From an uncultured Chloroflexia bacterium (GTDB lineage: Bacteria > Chloroflexota > Limnocylindria > Limnocylindrales > CSP1-4): a DNA stretch of 64,000 nt. Positions 20,348 through 31,889 of this stretch are shown in pieces. The notes below the pieces were generated by a model that saw nothing but the letters and a program-made list of their open reading frames with translations, did no database searches and was not told the DNA's origin. The stretch spans positions 64,001-128,000 of the forward strand of contig CAVYBU010000007.1 of assembly GCA_963766735.1 (NCBI GenBank). The letters run 5' to 3'. The position numbers and the translations under genes are program-made. Positions within the stretch are counted from its first letter, which is position 1. Each line of letters opens with the position of its first letter.

Positions 20348-21388
20348 ATGGACCTCACCCAGCTCACCTCGGACCTCGACCTGCTCCGTGACCGAGCCGT
20401 CGGCGCGGCCGCGGCCGCCCCGGACACAGGCGCGCTCGACGCCCTCGAGGTCGAGGTGCTCGGCAAGAAGGGCGAACTGACCGCGGTTCTCCGCGGGATC
20501 GGCGGCCTGCCGGCGGAGGATCGTCCGAAGGTGGGTGCGGTAGCCAACCAGGTGCGGATGGGGATCGAGGCTGCTCTTGCGGAGGCCCGCAACCGGCTGG
20601 GTGGAGCCGAGCTGGCGGCCCGTCTCCGTGCGGAGGCGGTGGACGTCACGACACCGGGTCGTCCGGTCCGGAGGGGCAGCCTGCACCCGATCATGGAGAC
20701 CACCCGCGAGATCGCGGAGGTCTTCGCCCAGTTTGGTTTCGTCGTCTACGAAGGCCCCGAGGTCGAGGATGACGTCACGAACTTCCAGATGCTCAACATC
20801 CCGCCGGACCATCCGGCGCGCGATCTGTGGGACACGCTCTACCTGGACGTCGGGGGTCGCCTGCTGCGCACGCACACCAGCCCCGGGCAGATCAGGGTGA
20901 TGCACCAGGAGCGGCCGCCGATCCGCGCCCTGTTGCCGGGACGGTGCTTCCGGTACGAGGCCGTGGACGCCAGCCACGCCTCGGAGTTCTTCCAGGTCGA
21001 GGGCCTGATGATCGACGAGGGCACATCGATGGCGGACCTCAAGGGCCTGCTCGACCAGTTCGCCCACGCGATGTTCGGCGCCGACCGCGCCACGCGCTTC
21101 CGGCCGGGCTACTACCCGTTCACCGAACCATCCGTCGCGTTCGACATCCTGTGTGTCATCTGTGATGGGGAGAAGTGCCCCGCATGCTCGCGCACCGGCT
21201 GGATGACCATTCTCGGAGCCGGCATGGTTCACCCGGTGGTTCTCCGGTACGGCGGCATCGATCCGGAGCGGTACCAGGGCTTCGCGTTCGGCATGGGCGT
21301 CGAACGGATCGCAAACCTGCGCCACGCCGTGGCGGACCTCCGTCTCTACATGGAGGACGACCTGCGCTTCCTGGGAGCGTTCCGATGA
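20348..21388 (+). CDS. pheS: Phenylalanine--tRNA ligase alpha subunit
   Basis: HPARDLWDT, LRTHTSP, FPFTEP-like YPFTEPS, GAGMVHP, GFAFGMGVER. Confidence 0.97.
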   Translation: MDLTQLTSDLDLLRDRAVGAAAAAPDTGALDALEVEVLGKKGELTAVLRGIGGLPAEDRPKVGAVANQVRMGIEAALAEARNRLGGAELAARLRAEAVDVTTPGRPVRRGSLHPIMETTREIAEVFAQFGFVVYEGPEVEDDVTNFQMLNIPPDHPARDLWDTLYLDVGGRLLRTHTSPGQIRVMHQERPPIRALLPGRCFRYEAVDASHASEFFQVEGLMIDEGTSMADLKGLLDQFAHAMFGADRATRFRPGYYPFTEPSVAFDILCVICDGEKCPACSRTGWMTILGAGMVHPVVLRYGGIDPERYQGFAFGMGVERIANLRHAVADLRLYMEDDLRFLGAFR

Positions 21389-23889
21389 GGGTGCCCATCT
21401 CCTGGCTGCGCGAATTCGTGGATGTGCAGCTCACCCCGGAGCAGCTGGCCGAGCGGCTGACCCTCCTCGGCATGGAGGTCAAGACGATCGAGCGCTGGGG
21501 CGCCGACTGGCAGCACGTCGTCACGGGCGAGTTGCTCACGGTGGAGCGGCATCCCCGGGCGGACCGGCTCTCGCTCACCACGGTCACCCTCGGCGATGGT
21601 GGCGAGCCGATGTCCATCGTGTGCGGTGCGACGAACATCGCTCCCGGCCAGCGCGTCCCCGTGGCCGTCCCCGGGGCGGTGCTGCCCGGCGACCGCCGGA
21701 TCGAGCGCGCCGAGAAGATGGGCGTGGTCTCCAACGGCATGCTCTGCTCGGGCGAGGAGCTTCGACTCACGGGCGACGGCGACGGCATTCTGATCCTGCC
21801 CGCCGACACGCCGCTCGGCGTCCCGCTGGCCGACCTCTACGGTGACGTGATCCTGGACGTGGACGTCAAGCCCAATCGCGGCGACGCGCTGTCCATCCTG
21901 GGTCTCGCCCGTGAGGTTGCGGCGGCCACGCGCCAGCAGGTCCGCCTGCCGGAGGTCGTCGTGGTGGAGGGCGGCGGCGCACACCTCTCGGAGCGTCTTG
22001 TCGTCGACGTCCGGGACCCGGATCTCTGCCCGCGGTTCGTCGGGCGGTGGGTCAGTGGCGTCACGGTGGGACCGTCACCGGACCACGTCCAGATGCGCCT
22101 GCTCGCGGCCGGCCAGCGGCCGATCTCGAACGTCGTGGACGCATCCAACTACGTCCTGCTCGAGATCGGCAAGCCTATCCACACCTTCGACGGAGCGGCC
22201 GTCACGGCCGGTCCAGACGGACGCGCCGCGATCGTCGTCCGGCGTGCAACGGCCGGGGAGCACCTCGAGACGCTGGATCATGTCGATCGCGAGTTGAGCC
22301 CGGACACCCTGCTCATCGCTGATGCCGCAGGGCCGCTCGCCATCGCCGGCGTCATGGGCGGGGCGGCGTCGGAGGTCTCCGAGGCCACGTCCGAGGTCAT
22401 GGTCGAGTCCGCCATCTTCGATGCTGTCAGCATCCGCCGGACCGCGCAGCGCCTCGCGCTCCGTTCCGAGGCGTCGTCGCGCTTCGAGAAGGGCCAGGAG
22501 TTCCGCCTCGCTCGCACGGGGGCCGACCGCGCCGCGCAGCTCGTCCAAGCCTGGGCGGGAGGCGAGATCCTGCCCGGCATGGTGGACACGGCCCCGGTGG
22601 AGCCGGCGCCCACGAGGGTTGCCTTCAGGCCCGCCCGCGTGAACCGACTGCTCGGAACGGACCTCACTGCCGATGAGCAGCAAGACCTCCTGGGACGCAT
22701 AGGCGTCGTCACCGAGCCGGTTGCCGCAGGGGAGGCCGTCGTGGTCGCGCTGCTGCCGGATCCGCTGTTCGTGACTCCCGGTGCGGGCGAGGCCCTGGCC
22801 GCTGTCGTCCCCACCTGGCGCCGGGACATCGCGATCGAAGCCGACGTTGCCGAGGAGATCGCCCGCGTCCGCGGTTACGAGCTCGTCCCATCCGTGACCC
22901 CGGATACGCTGATGCCCGGGTTCCGTCCCTCTCCCCTGGAGGTCCGGGAGCTGGTCCGTGAGACGCTCGCCGGCGCCGGCCTGACCGAGGTGGTCACCAC
23001 CGCGCTTGTCTCGCCTCGTCACATCGAGACCTTCGCCCTGGCCCGCGAGGTGCCGTCGGTCGGCGATGAGGACCAGCCCGGTGGTGAGACGATCGGCGTC
23101 GGCAATCCACTCTCGCGGGACCACTCGCTGCTCCGGAGGAACCTGTTCGGCAGCCTCCTGGACGTGGTGGGAGTCAATCTCCGACACGGAACCGAGGACG
23201 TCGCGGTCTTCGAGATCGGCAAGGGCTACGCGCGAACCGGCGAGGCACCGCGCGAGTGGTGGCGCCTGGGCTTCGCGCTCGTCGGTGCCGCCGAGCCCCG
23301 GGCCTGGAGTCGCGTCCACCGCGAATACGACCTCGATGACGCCAAGGGGATCCTGGAGCTGCTGGCGCACCGACTTGGCCTTGGGCCGATCACCTACACC
23401 CCAGAGCCAGGCGAGGCGGTCTTCCACCCGGGTCGCACCGCGCGCGCGAACGTCGGTGACACGCTGCACGCGGTCGTCGGCGAGTTGCACCCGGACGCCG
23501 TCGATGCCTGGGAGCTTCGGACGACGAACCGCGTCCTCGTCGCGGAGGTGGCGGTCGCCGGGCTTGCCGCCGGTCGCCTGGCCCCGGAACGGGCGCCCAC
23601 CGTGGGTCGCTATCCAGAGGTCGATCGTGACCTCGCCATCGTGATCCCAGCTGCCACAGCAGCCGCCGACGTCGAGGCGCTCGTGCTCGCCCATGCCGGT
23701 GAGCTGCTCCGTGACGTCCGGCTGTTCGACATCTACCGCGGCGTTCCCCTGGCCGGCGACGAGAAGAGCCTCGCGTTCCGCCTGCGGTTCGCGGCTGCCG
23801 GACGCACCCTGACCGAGGGTGAGGTCGAGGCGGCCGTCGCCGCGGTCCTCGAGGCGCTCCCGGCCATCGGAGGCCGCCTCCGGGCCTGA
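21385..23889 (+). CDS. pheT: Phenylalanine--tRNA ligase beta subunit
   Basis: MRVPISWLREF, HPRADRL, SNGMLCS, PNRGD, EEIARVRGY, C-terminal FDX-ACB (RDLA...FDIY...KSLAF). Confidence 0.97.
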   Translation: MRVPISWLREFVDVQLTPEQLAERLTLLGMEVKTIERWGADWQHVVTGELLTVERHPRADRLSLTTVTLGDGGEPMSIVCGATNIAPGQRVPVAVPGAVLPGDRRIERAEKMGVVSNGMLCSGEELRLTGDGDGILILPADTPLGVPLADLYGDVILDVDVKPNRGDALSILGLAREVAAATRQQVRLPEVVVVEGGGAHLSERLVVDVRDPDLCPRFVGRWVSGVTVGPSPDHVQMRLLAAGQRPISNVVDASNYVLLEIGKPIHTFDGAAVTAGPDGRAAIVVRRATAGEHLETLDHVDRELSPDTLLIADAAGPLAIAGVMGGAASEVSEATSEVMVESAIFDAVSIRRTAQRLALRSEASSRFEKGQEFRLARTGADRAAQLVQAWAGGEILPGMVDTAPVEPAPTRVAFRPARVNRLLGTDLTADEQQDLLGRIGVVTEPVAAGEAVVVALLPDPLFVTPGAGEALAAVVPTWRRDIAIEADVAEEIARVRGYELVPSVTPDTLMPGFRPSPLEVRELVRETLAGAGLTEVVTTALVSPRHIETFALAREVPSVGDEDQPGGETIGVGNPLSRDHSLLRRNLFGSLLDVVGVNLRHGTEDVAVFEIGKGYARTGEAPREWWRLGFALVGAAEPRAWSRVHREYDLDDAKGILELLAHRLGLGPITYTPEPGEAVFHPGRTARANVGDTLHAVVGELHPDAVDAWELRTTNRVLVAEVAVAGLAAGRLAPERAPTVGRYPEVDRDLAIVIPAATAAADVEALVLAHAGELLRDVRLFDIYRGVPLAGDEKSLAFRLRFAAAGRTLTEGEVEAAVAAVLEALPAIGGRLRA

Positions 23890-24010
23890 CGCCCCGTTTC
23901 GGTGTCGCTCGGGGGCACCACGCCCGTTGCGGTCGGCTTCCAGGCGCTGCTACCCTTCGGCGGGGCTTTCGCCCAGTTCCCGGGGTCGCCGGCGTCGCGA
24001 AGATGGGTGC

Positions 24011-24598
24011 GTGAACATGACGGAGTTCCTGAACACGATCAGCTTGGTCGACATCCTGATCCTCCTCGGCCTGTTCGCGTTCTTCATCCTGGGCTGGGCC
24101 CAAGGCACGATTCGCCGGCTGATCGGCATCGCGTCGATGACGTTCTCGTTCTTCCTGGCCGCCGTGCTCCATGTCCCCCTGGGCAGGTTCCTCACGGAGA
24201 ACTGGACCCAGTTCCCGCCGGAGTACAGCGTGATGATCGGGTTCCTCACGCTGTTCGTCGCGGGGGTCGTCGCGACCACGCTGGTGATCCAGGGCACCTA
24301 CAGCAAGACCGAGATCTTCGCGGAGCACCCGATCGTCGACGAGGTCCTCGGTGGCGTGCTGGGCGTGGTGCAGGGGTTCCTGCTCCTGATGTTCGTGACG
24401 ATCATCCTGGACCAGTTCTTCCTCTACACGAACATCCCACCCGATGCGGACGAGCTGCCGTTCCTGCGCGACATCTGGACGCAGATCGACGCCTCGGCCA
24501 TCGGGCAGGCGCTGCACGAGTCGATCATCCCGGTGTTCCTCGGCATCTTCTCGTTCATCCTGCCGGAGAGCGTCACGGTCCTCTACGAGATCGGGTGA
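24011..24598 (+). CDS. CvpA (colicin V production) family membrane protein
   Basis: VDILIL...GWAQGTIRRL, DEVLGGVLGVVQG; typical position between pheT and mutS2. Confidence 0.8.
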   Translation: MNMTEFLNTISLVDILILLGLFAFFILGWAQGTIRRLIGIASMTFSFFLAAVLHVPLGRFLTENWTQFPPEYSVMIGFLTLFVAGVVATTLVIQGTYSKTEIFAEHPIVDEVLGGVLGVVQGFLLLMFVTIILDQFFLYTNIPPDADELPFLRDIWTQIDASAIGQALHESIIPVFLGIFSFILPESVTVLYEIG

Positions 24599-25308
24599 CC
24601 GACGACGCTCCAGACGCTCGATCGGAGCCGGGAACCCAGATCGTCCGGCGTCCTTTCCCGCGCGAGGTCCTGGCCGCGGATACCTTCATGGCCGCGCGTG
24701 CCCTGTTGGGTGCCCGACTGGTCCGTGATGCACTCCCCGGGCTGGCAGGGCGCCGGGTCGGGCGCATCGTTGAGGTGGAGGCGTACGTCGGCCTCGACGA
24801 TCGAGCCTCCCATGCACGCATGGGCCCCACCAACCGGAACCGGGTCATGTTCGGGCCTCCCGGCATCGCCTACGTGTACCTTGTCTACGGCATGCACCAC
24901 TGCCTCAACGTCGTCACCGACGCCTCCGGATCGCCAGCGGCACTGCTCGTCCGTGCCGTGGAGCCCGTTGAGGGAATCGACGCCATGCGCGCCGCGCGCC
25001 ATGCCGCCGCGGACCGGCCGCGATCCAGGAGCGTGCGCGAGCGTTCCCCCATGAGCATCCCGGACGTGCGTCTCGCGGCGGGTCCGGGCCTGGTGGCCGC
25101 CGCGTTCGGGATCGATCGCAGCCACACCGGGCTCGACCTGTGCGACCCGGAATCGCCGCTCCGCCTTGAGCTTCGCCAGGCCGATGAGCCGGCGCCCGAC
25201 GTCGTGACGACACCCCGGATCGGGATCGCGTCTGCGGGCGAGCCGTGGCGGAGCGCCCCGTGGCGGTTCGTCGTGCCGGGCAGCCCGTCCCTCAGCCGGC
25301 GCTCCTGA
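24595..25308 (+). CDS. mpg: DNA-3-methyladenine glycosylase (MPG/AAG family)
   Basis: GRIVEVEAY, YVYLVYGMHHCLNVV, LVRA, GPG, TPRIGI. Confidence 0.92.
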   Translation: MTDDAPDARSEPGTQIVRRPFPREVLAADTFMAARALLGARLVRDALPGLAGRRVGRIVEVEAYVGLDDRASHARMGPTNRNRVMFGPPGIAYVYLVYGMHHCLNVVTDASGSPAALLVRAVEPVEGIDAMRAARHAAADRPRSRSVRERSPMSIPDVRLAAGPGLVAAAFGIDRSHTGLDLCDPESPLRLELRQADEPAPDVVTTPRIGIASAGEPWRSAPWRFVVPGSPSLSRRS

Positions 25309-25309
25309 G

Positions 25310-27715
25310 GTGGATCAGCGCTCGATAGCCCTGCTCGAGTTCCCCGTGGTCCGGGCGCGCCTCGCGGAGCACACCTCGTTCGATCCGTCTCGCAGGATGG
25401 CCGAGGATCTCCTGCCCTCAGCCGACCCCGTGATCGTGGCCCGCGGCCTGGACGAGACGGACCAGACGCGTGCGCTGCTGCAGGATCGGCCCGGCGTGGG
25501 TATCGGGTCTGCCCATGACATCGACCCGTGGGTGGGCCGAGCCATGCGTGGAGGCCGGCTGGACCCACACCAGTTCCTGGAGATCGTGGAGACCCTGGAC
25601 GCCGCGTCGCGACTCGCCACATCACTTGCGGAGGAACGGCGACCGCTGCTGCGCGACCTGGGTCGTCGGCTGCACCCGCTGCCGGCCCTTCGCAGCACCC
25701 TCGCCCGGAGCTTCGACCCCGTCGGCGAGCTGCTGGACACGGCCTCCCCGCGTCTCGGCGGGCTGCGGGGTGCCGTCCGCATCGCGTACGACCGGCTGCG
25801 CCGTCGCCTGGACAGCCTCGTGGGCTCCGAGCTCGGCGGGGCACTCCAGGAGCCCATCATCACGCTCCGCAACGGCCGGTACGTGGTCCCGATCCGCGCC
25901 GAGGCCCGCGCCAGGGTCAAGGGCATCGTCCACGATGCGTCTGGAAGCGGCCAGACGCTGTTCATCGAGCCGCTGGTGGTCGTCGAGCTGGGGAACGCCT
26001 GGCGCGAGGCCCAGGCCGCCGTGGACGAGGAGATCGGCCGCATCCTCGACGAGCTCTCCGCGCTGGTCGCTGCCAACGGGATTCTCCTCCGGGAGACGCT
26101 GGACGCTCTGGCCCAGTTCGACTTCTGGGCTGCCAAGGCGCAGCTCGCGGCGGAGATGGACGGCGTGCGCCCTGCCCTCGCGGACCGCACGGAGGTCGTT
26201 CTCCTCTCGGCGCGCCACCCGGGGCTCACAGGTCGCGTGGTGCCGATCGACCTGCACCTGGGCGACGGCTACACGGCCCTTGTGATCACCGGGCCCAACA
26301 CCGGCGGCAAGACCGTCGCGCTTCGGACGCTCGGGTTGCTGTCCCTGATGAACCAGGCGGGCCTCCACATCCCCGCGGAGTCGGGGTCCCGGCTGCCGGT
26401 GTTCCGTGACGTGTTCGCGGACATTGGCGACGAGCAGTCCATCGCCCAGTCCCTGTCCACGTTCTCGGGCCACCTGCGGTCGATCATCCGGATCGTCGCC
26501 CACGCGGGGCCGGAGACGCTCGTCCTGCTGGATGAGCTAGGAGCCGGCACCGACCCCACCGAGGGGTCGGCCCTGGCCCAGGCGCTCCTGGACCACTTCA
26601 TCCGCTCCGGGGCGCTGATCGCGGCCACCACCCACTACGCGGAGATCAAGGTCTACGCCCACGAGACACCGACCGCACGCAACGCATCCGTGGAGTTCGA
26701 CCTCGAAACCCTGTCGCCAACCTTCCGCCTCACGATCGGCCTCCCTGGCGGGAGCCAGGCATTTGCGATTGCCGAGCGCCTCGGCCTGCCGGAGGGGATC
26801 GTTGCAGACGCGCGTGGACGCCTGTCCGAGAACGAGCGCGCGTTCGAGTCGACCCTCGCCTCGATCCGCCGCCAGGAGGTCGAGATCGCGGACGCGGTGG
26901 AGCGGGCACGTGTCGCCGAGAGCAGGGCCGCCGATGCGCTGAGGACCGCCGACGAAGAGCGCCGCCGCGCCCGCCGTGAGCGCGATGAGGTCGTGCGGGC
27001 CTCCCGGGTGGAGGCGGAGCGCCTTGTTGAAGGTCTCCGTGACGATGTGGCAGGTGTGCGTCGGCAGCTGGACCGCGAGACCGTGACCGCTCCTGCGATT
27101 GACGCGGCTCTCGCACGGGCCGAGCGCACGCTGGATCGCCTGCCGGACCCCGGTCGGGAGCCGGAGAAGCCCGCCGAGCCCGTCGTCCCGCACGCGTGGC
27201 GCCTCGGTGAACGGGCGAAGAGTCGCAGCGGCAGTTGGGAGGGCCGCATCGCCGCGATCGAGAAGGGCGGTACCCGGGCGACGCTGGAGGCGGGCGGGAT
27301 GAGGGTGTCGGTTTCCGTGGACGACCTCGATCCTGTCGTATCCCCGCCCGCCGGCGATACCGGCGCAGGAAAGGGTACCGATGGCGGGTGGGCGCCGGGC
27401 ACCGGGCCCACGACCGCGGCGCGTGGCGATGACGCTCCCGGGATCTCGACGCTCCGGCTGTCCCGGGCGCGGACGGTGGCCTCGTCGCTGGACCTGCGCG
27501 GCGCGCGGGTGGACGAGGCGCTGGATGCCCTGGGACGCTACCTGGACGATGCCTCGCTGGCGGGGCTGGAGCAGGTACTGATCATCCACGGGCTCGGCAC
27601 TGGGGCGCTCCGGGACGCCGTCCGGTCCCACGCCGGCGGTCACCCCCTGGTGAAGAGCTTCCGGGCGGGGGAGCGGGGCGAGGGCGGCGACGGAGCCACG
27701 ATCGTCAGGCTCTGA
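25310..27715 (+). CDS. mutS2: Endonuclease MutS2
   Basis: TGPNTGGKT, DIGDEQSIAQSLSTFS, DELGAGTDP, C-terminal Smr domain IIHGLGTGALR. Confidence 0.95.
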   Translation: MDQRSIALLEFPVVRARLAEHTSFDPSRRMAEDLLPSADPVIVARGLDETDQTRALLQDRPGVGIGSAHDIDPWVGRAMRGGRLDPHQFLEIVETLDAASRLATSLAEERRPLLRDLGRRLHPLPALRSTLARSFDPVGELLDTASPRLGGLRGAVRIAYDRLRRRLDSLVGSELGGALQEPIITLRNGRYVVPIRAEARARVKGIVHDASGSGQTLFIEPLVVVELGNAWREAQAAVDEEIGRILDELSALVAANGILLRETLDALAQFDFWAAKAQLAAEMDGVRPALADRTEVVLLSARHPGLTGRVVPIDLHLGDGYTALVITGPNTGGKTVALRTLGLLSLMNQAGLHIPAESGSRLPVFRDVFADIGDEQSIAQSLSTFSGHLRSIIRIVAHAGPETLVLLDELGAGTDPTEGSALAQALLDHFIRSGALIAATTHYAEIKVYAHETPTARNASVEFDLETLSPTFRLTIGLPGGSQAFAIAERLGLPEGIVADARGRLSENERAFESTLASIRRQEVEIADAVERARVAESRAADALRTADEERRRARRERDEVVRASRVEAERLVEGLRDDVAGVRRQLDRETVTAPAIDAALARAERTLDRLPDPGREPEKPAEPVVPHAWRLGERAKSRSGSWEGRIAAIEKGGTRATLEAGGMRVSVSVDDLDPVVSPPAGDTGAGKGTDGGWAPGTGPTTAARGDDAPGISTLRLSRARTVASSLDLRGARVDEALDALGRYLDDASLAGLEQVLIIHGLGTGALRDAVRSHAGGHPLVKSFRAGERGEGGDGATIVRL

Positions 27716-27728
27716 TCGCGAACCTGTG

Positions 27729-30453
27729 TCAGGGTTGCTTCGTCGGCTTCGGCTTCCCGTTCCCCGGGTTCACCACGACGGGCGGGGGCGCCGGCTCGAT
27801 TGACGGGCACGGCAGGAGCGGGTCCAGCGAGATGCAGATCGACGGCGGCGGCGGCGCCAGCGGGCACGTCTTGGTGGGAGCGAAGTTGCCGCCCCAGGAT
27901 CGGCCAAACGGGTAGAAGCCGCCGCCGTAGAAGTAGGCGGTCCGGGTCCTCTTCGGCCCGCCGGCCCTGCCGGAGCCCTTGGCGGCCCGGGCCTGCCACC
28001 CCTGGTTTGCCTTCTGCCAGACCGGGTATCCAGCCTCATTGTTCCGCAGGTCGATGAAGTTCTCGGTCACCATCGGCCCCACGCACCCCTCCTGCCAGAG
28101 CAGGCCGCTGGCCTCATCGATGTCCACGGCCACCGCTATGTCGGCCGCCTGTGTCGGGGCGGTGCCGGGCAGGAAGAGCTCCTTCACGGTCTTGGTGGTG
28201 GTTGGCCCCGGCAGCATGCCCGTGAAGGCGTCCACCGTGGCCGTCACGAGGCCCTTCGGCCTGACGCGGGAGAAGCCCTCGATCTTCATGCCCTTGGAGA
28301 CCTCGGACAGGATCGCGCTCCAGAGCGGCGCCGACGTGTCCAGCGACAGCTTTCCGTCGTTGGGCGAGTTGTCCGAGTTGCCCAGCCAGGCGCCGGCGAC
28401 GAGGCCCGGCAGCGTCTTGTCGGACGGCGGCGCCAGGTAGCCGTATGCCAGCACGTCGCGGTTGTCGCTGGTGGTGCCGGTCTTGTAGGCGGCGGGGCGG
28501 ACCTTGGAGCCGCTGATGCCGTCGGTCACGCGCCACTTGGCCCAGAACGGGTTGACCGACCTGATGGTGTTGCCCGCGAGGATGTCGGTGATGATGTAGG
28601 CGGCCTGGCGCGAGACGACCCGCTCGCCCTTCAGCTCGGCATCGGCCTGCGGCCACACCTGCTGGCCATCCGCGTCGAGCACCCGCAGGATCGTGTGGCG
28701 GGGCATCAGCACGCCGCCGTTGGCGATCATGCCGTACGCGCCGATCTCGTCGATCGGGTGGACCTCGAGCGTGCCGATGCTCTCGGACGCGACGGGGGTG
28801 GCGGTGTTCGGATAGGTGAGCCCGAAGTCCTTGGTCCGCTCGAACTGGTGCTCGAGCCCGTTGAGGAAGCCCGCCTTGATGGCCGGGATGTTGAGCGAGA
28901 ACTGGAGGGCGTTGCGGAGCCGCACGGGACCGCGCTCGAGGTTGTCGGCCTGGGTGGGGTACCAGGCCTTGGCGCCGGACGACGCGAAGTTGGTCACGAC
29001 GTCCATGAACATCGTGGATGCGGTCAGCGTCTTGTCCTCGATCCCGACCAGGTACACGAGCGGCTTGATCGAGGATCCCGGCTGGCGCCAGCCGTCGGCG
29101 AGGACGTCGAACTGGGGCTGGAGCTTCTTGCTGCCCTTGGCCGTGTACGAGGCGGAGCCCATGTAGCCCAGGACCTCGCCGGTCCGGTAGTCCATGACCC
29201 CGGCAGCGGCGTTGTGGACGTTGTGACCGCGCAGGGTCTTGATCCAGGACCACTCGGACTTGGGCACGCCGAGGGCCTTGAGCAGGGAGTCGGGCTTCTT
29301 GGAGTTGGGGACGATGGCGGCGGCGTAGACCCACTTCTCCACGATGCGCTGCATCTCGTAGTCGAGGGTCGTGATGACCCGGTAGCCGCCGCTGTCGATC
29401 TTCTCGCAGTCGTCCGCGCTGGTCCCGCACAGGATCTGGCCCAGCTCGTCCCGGACCTGCCACACGAAGTGCGGCGCGCGCCACTGGTCGGACGCCTGCG
29501 AGGCGAGGATCACCGGCTCGGTCTTGGCCGCCTCGAAGTCCGCGTCCGTGTAGCGATCGGCCGTGAGCGGCGCGCGCGTCTTCATCAGGTCCAGGATCAG
29601 ATTCCGGCGGATCGACCACGGCGGAGTCGCGCGGGACCACAAGGCGGGTCTGCTCCTCGCCCTTGTCGTCCGTGTAGGTCTCTTCGACCGCGTTCTTCAC
29701 CAGGTCGAAGCTGGTGGGCGACTTGGGGATGCCCGCCAGGATCGCGTACTGGGCCAGCGTCAGGTCCTTGAGATCCTTGCGCCAGTAGGTCTGCGCGGCG
29801 GCAGCCACGCCATAGCTGCGGTTGCCGTAGTAGTTGTCGTTGAGGTAGGCCGCCATGATGGCCTCTTTCCCGCCGCGCCCCGGGTAGGCCTCGGTCAGGC
29901 GGATCGACTGGATGATCTCGCGCGCCTTCTTCCAGTAGCGATCGACCCCGGCCTCGGTGTCGGCGGCAGGCAGCAACCGGTTCCGGACGAGCTGCTGGGT
30001 GATGGTCGAACCGCCGCGGTCATTGCCCTGGAGGGTGTCGACGGCGGCAGATGCGAAGCCAAGCGGATCGAAGCCGGCGTTGTCCCAGAAGGTCTTGTCC
30101 TCGATCGCCGTCGTCGCGTCGATGAGGGTCGGAGGGATCGCCGCGTAGTCCACGACCACCCTGCGGTCGGTCCCCAGCTTGGCCAGCAGGACCCCACCGG
30201 TGCGGTCGTAGACTGTCGTCTGCTGTGCAAACTCGATGGTTTCGAGGGTCTGCTGTGGCTCGGGAAGATCCTTCGAGACGAACGAGTAGGCTGCCACCGA
30301 CGCCGTGGCGCCGACAGCCCCGAGCAGGAGCAGGGTGGTGATCAGGAGGAGGGGAAGCGCAATGACGGCCGCGCGAGCGGCGCCGCTTCCCCGCGGGCGA
30401 CGTCGCTCAGCCGATCGGCGGCGACGCTGCCTCCGTGCGAGGCTGGTTGGCAT
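27729..30453 (-). CDS. Class A penicillin-binding protein (transglycosylase plus transpeptidase), +1 frameshift near 29613
   Basis: EDKTF, GGSTITQQLV and YGVAAAA in the 5' frame; RQPGSSIKP, SLN and KTGT in the 3' frame; removing one base gives VVIRRNLIL. Confidence 0.9.
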
Positions 30454-30548
30454 GACGGGCGGAACGATACCATGCGGGTAATGGACACCCGAATTCCCCA
30501 ATCGGGCCGGGATAGTGACGCTCCCGGCTCCGCGCTTGTGACGGTCGC

Positions 30549-31859
30549 GTGAGCGCCGTCCCTGCCCACGACCACGCCCCCGCGCTCCGCGGGTTCCTCG
30601 AGGAGCTCGACTGGCGGGGCATCCTCCACGCCACCACGCCCGGCCTGCCCGAGCGGCTGGCCACCGGCCGGCGGATCTCCGCCTACATCGGGTTCGACCC
30701 GACGGCGGATTCCCTGCACGTCGGGCACCTGGTCCCGATCTTCGGGCTGCTCAGGCTCCAGGCGCACGGCGGCAGGCCGGTGGCGCTGGTCGGGGGCGGC
30801 ACGGGGATGATCGGGGACCCGTCCGGGAGGTCGTCGGAACGGAACCTCCTCGACGTCCCGACGCTCGAGCACAACGTGGCCGCGATTGGCGCCCAGCTGG
30901 AGCGGTTCCTCGACTTCTCGCCGGGACCGTCCCAGGCCGTCATGGCGAACAACCTTGACTGGCTGGGGAAGCTGTCGCTGATCGAGTACCTGCGGGATAC
31001 GGGCAAGCACTTCACGGTGCCCTACATGCTGGCCAAGGATTCCGTCCAGCAGCGCCTGGAGCGGGGACTCTCGTTCACCGAGTTCAGCTACATGACCCTC
31101 CAGGCGTTCGACTTCGCAACCCTGTACCGGGAGCACGGCGTCGAGATGCAGATGGGCGGCGCAGACCAGTGGGGCAACATCACCGCCGGCCTCGAGCTGA
31201 TCCGTCGGACCGGTGGCGGTGCCGACGAGCAGGTTGCACACGGCATCGCCTACAAGTTGCTGCTATCGCCGTCCGGGGCCAAGTTCGGCAAGAGCGAAGG
31301 CGGCGAATCCGTGTGGCTCGATCCGGCCCGCACCACGCCGTACGCCTTCTACCAGTACTGGGTCCAGGCCGACGATCGCGACGTGCCCACCTACATCCGA
31401 TGGTTCACGCTCTGGGGACGCGAGGAGACCGAGGCGCTGGACGTCGAGATTGCCGGGCGCCCGGAGGCCCGGGAGGCCCAGAAGCGCCTCGCGTTCGACG
31501 TGACGACGCGCGTGCACGGGAAGGCGGCCGCAACCGACGCGGTGGCTGTCTCGGCCGCCCTGTTCCAGCGGGAGGCGATCTCGGACCCTGCGCTTCTCGA
31601 GAGCGTGCACGCCGCCACGCGGGGTCCGTCGGTCGGAGCGGACGTGATCGGCGAAGGCGTGATTGCCGTGCTGGCGGAAACGGGCCTGACGCCGTCCCGC
31701 GGGGAGGCCCGGCGCCTGATCCAGGGCGGGGCGATCACGGTCAACGGGGATCGTGTCACGGATCCCGCGGCGGCGATGCCGGAGCCGATTGCCGGAGAGT
31801 GGTACGAGGTCCGCGTCGGCAAGCGCAACCGGTCCGTGGTGAGGGTGACCCGGAGCTGA
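30549..31859 (+). CDS. tyrS: Tyrosine--tRNA ligase
   Basis: YIGFDPTADSLHVGH, GGADQWGNI, KFGKS, C-terminal S4 domain. Confidence 0.97.
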   Translation: MSAVPAHDHAPALRGFLEELDWRGILHATTPGLPERLATGRRISAYIGFDPTADSLHVGHLVPIFGLLRLQAHGGRPVALVGGGTGMIGDPSGRSSERNLLDVPTLEHNVAAIGAQLERFLDFSPGPSQAVMANNLDWLGKLSLIEYLRDTGKHFTVPYMLAKDSVQQRLERGLSFTEFSYMTLQAFDFATLYREHGVEMQMGGADQWGNITAGLELIRRTGGGADEQVAHGIAYKLLLSPSGAKFGKSEGGESVWLDPARTTPYAFYQYWVQADDRDVPTYIRWFTLWGREETEALDVEIAGRPEAREAQKRLAFDVTTRVHGKAAATDAVAVSAALFQREAISDPALLESVHAATRGPSVGADVIGEGVIAVLAETGLTPSRGEARRLIQGGAITVNGDRVTDPAAAMPEPIAGEWYEVRVGKRNRSVVRVTRS

Positions 31860-31889
31860 CGACGACCAGCGGCCGCGGGGCGACACAGC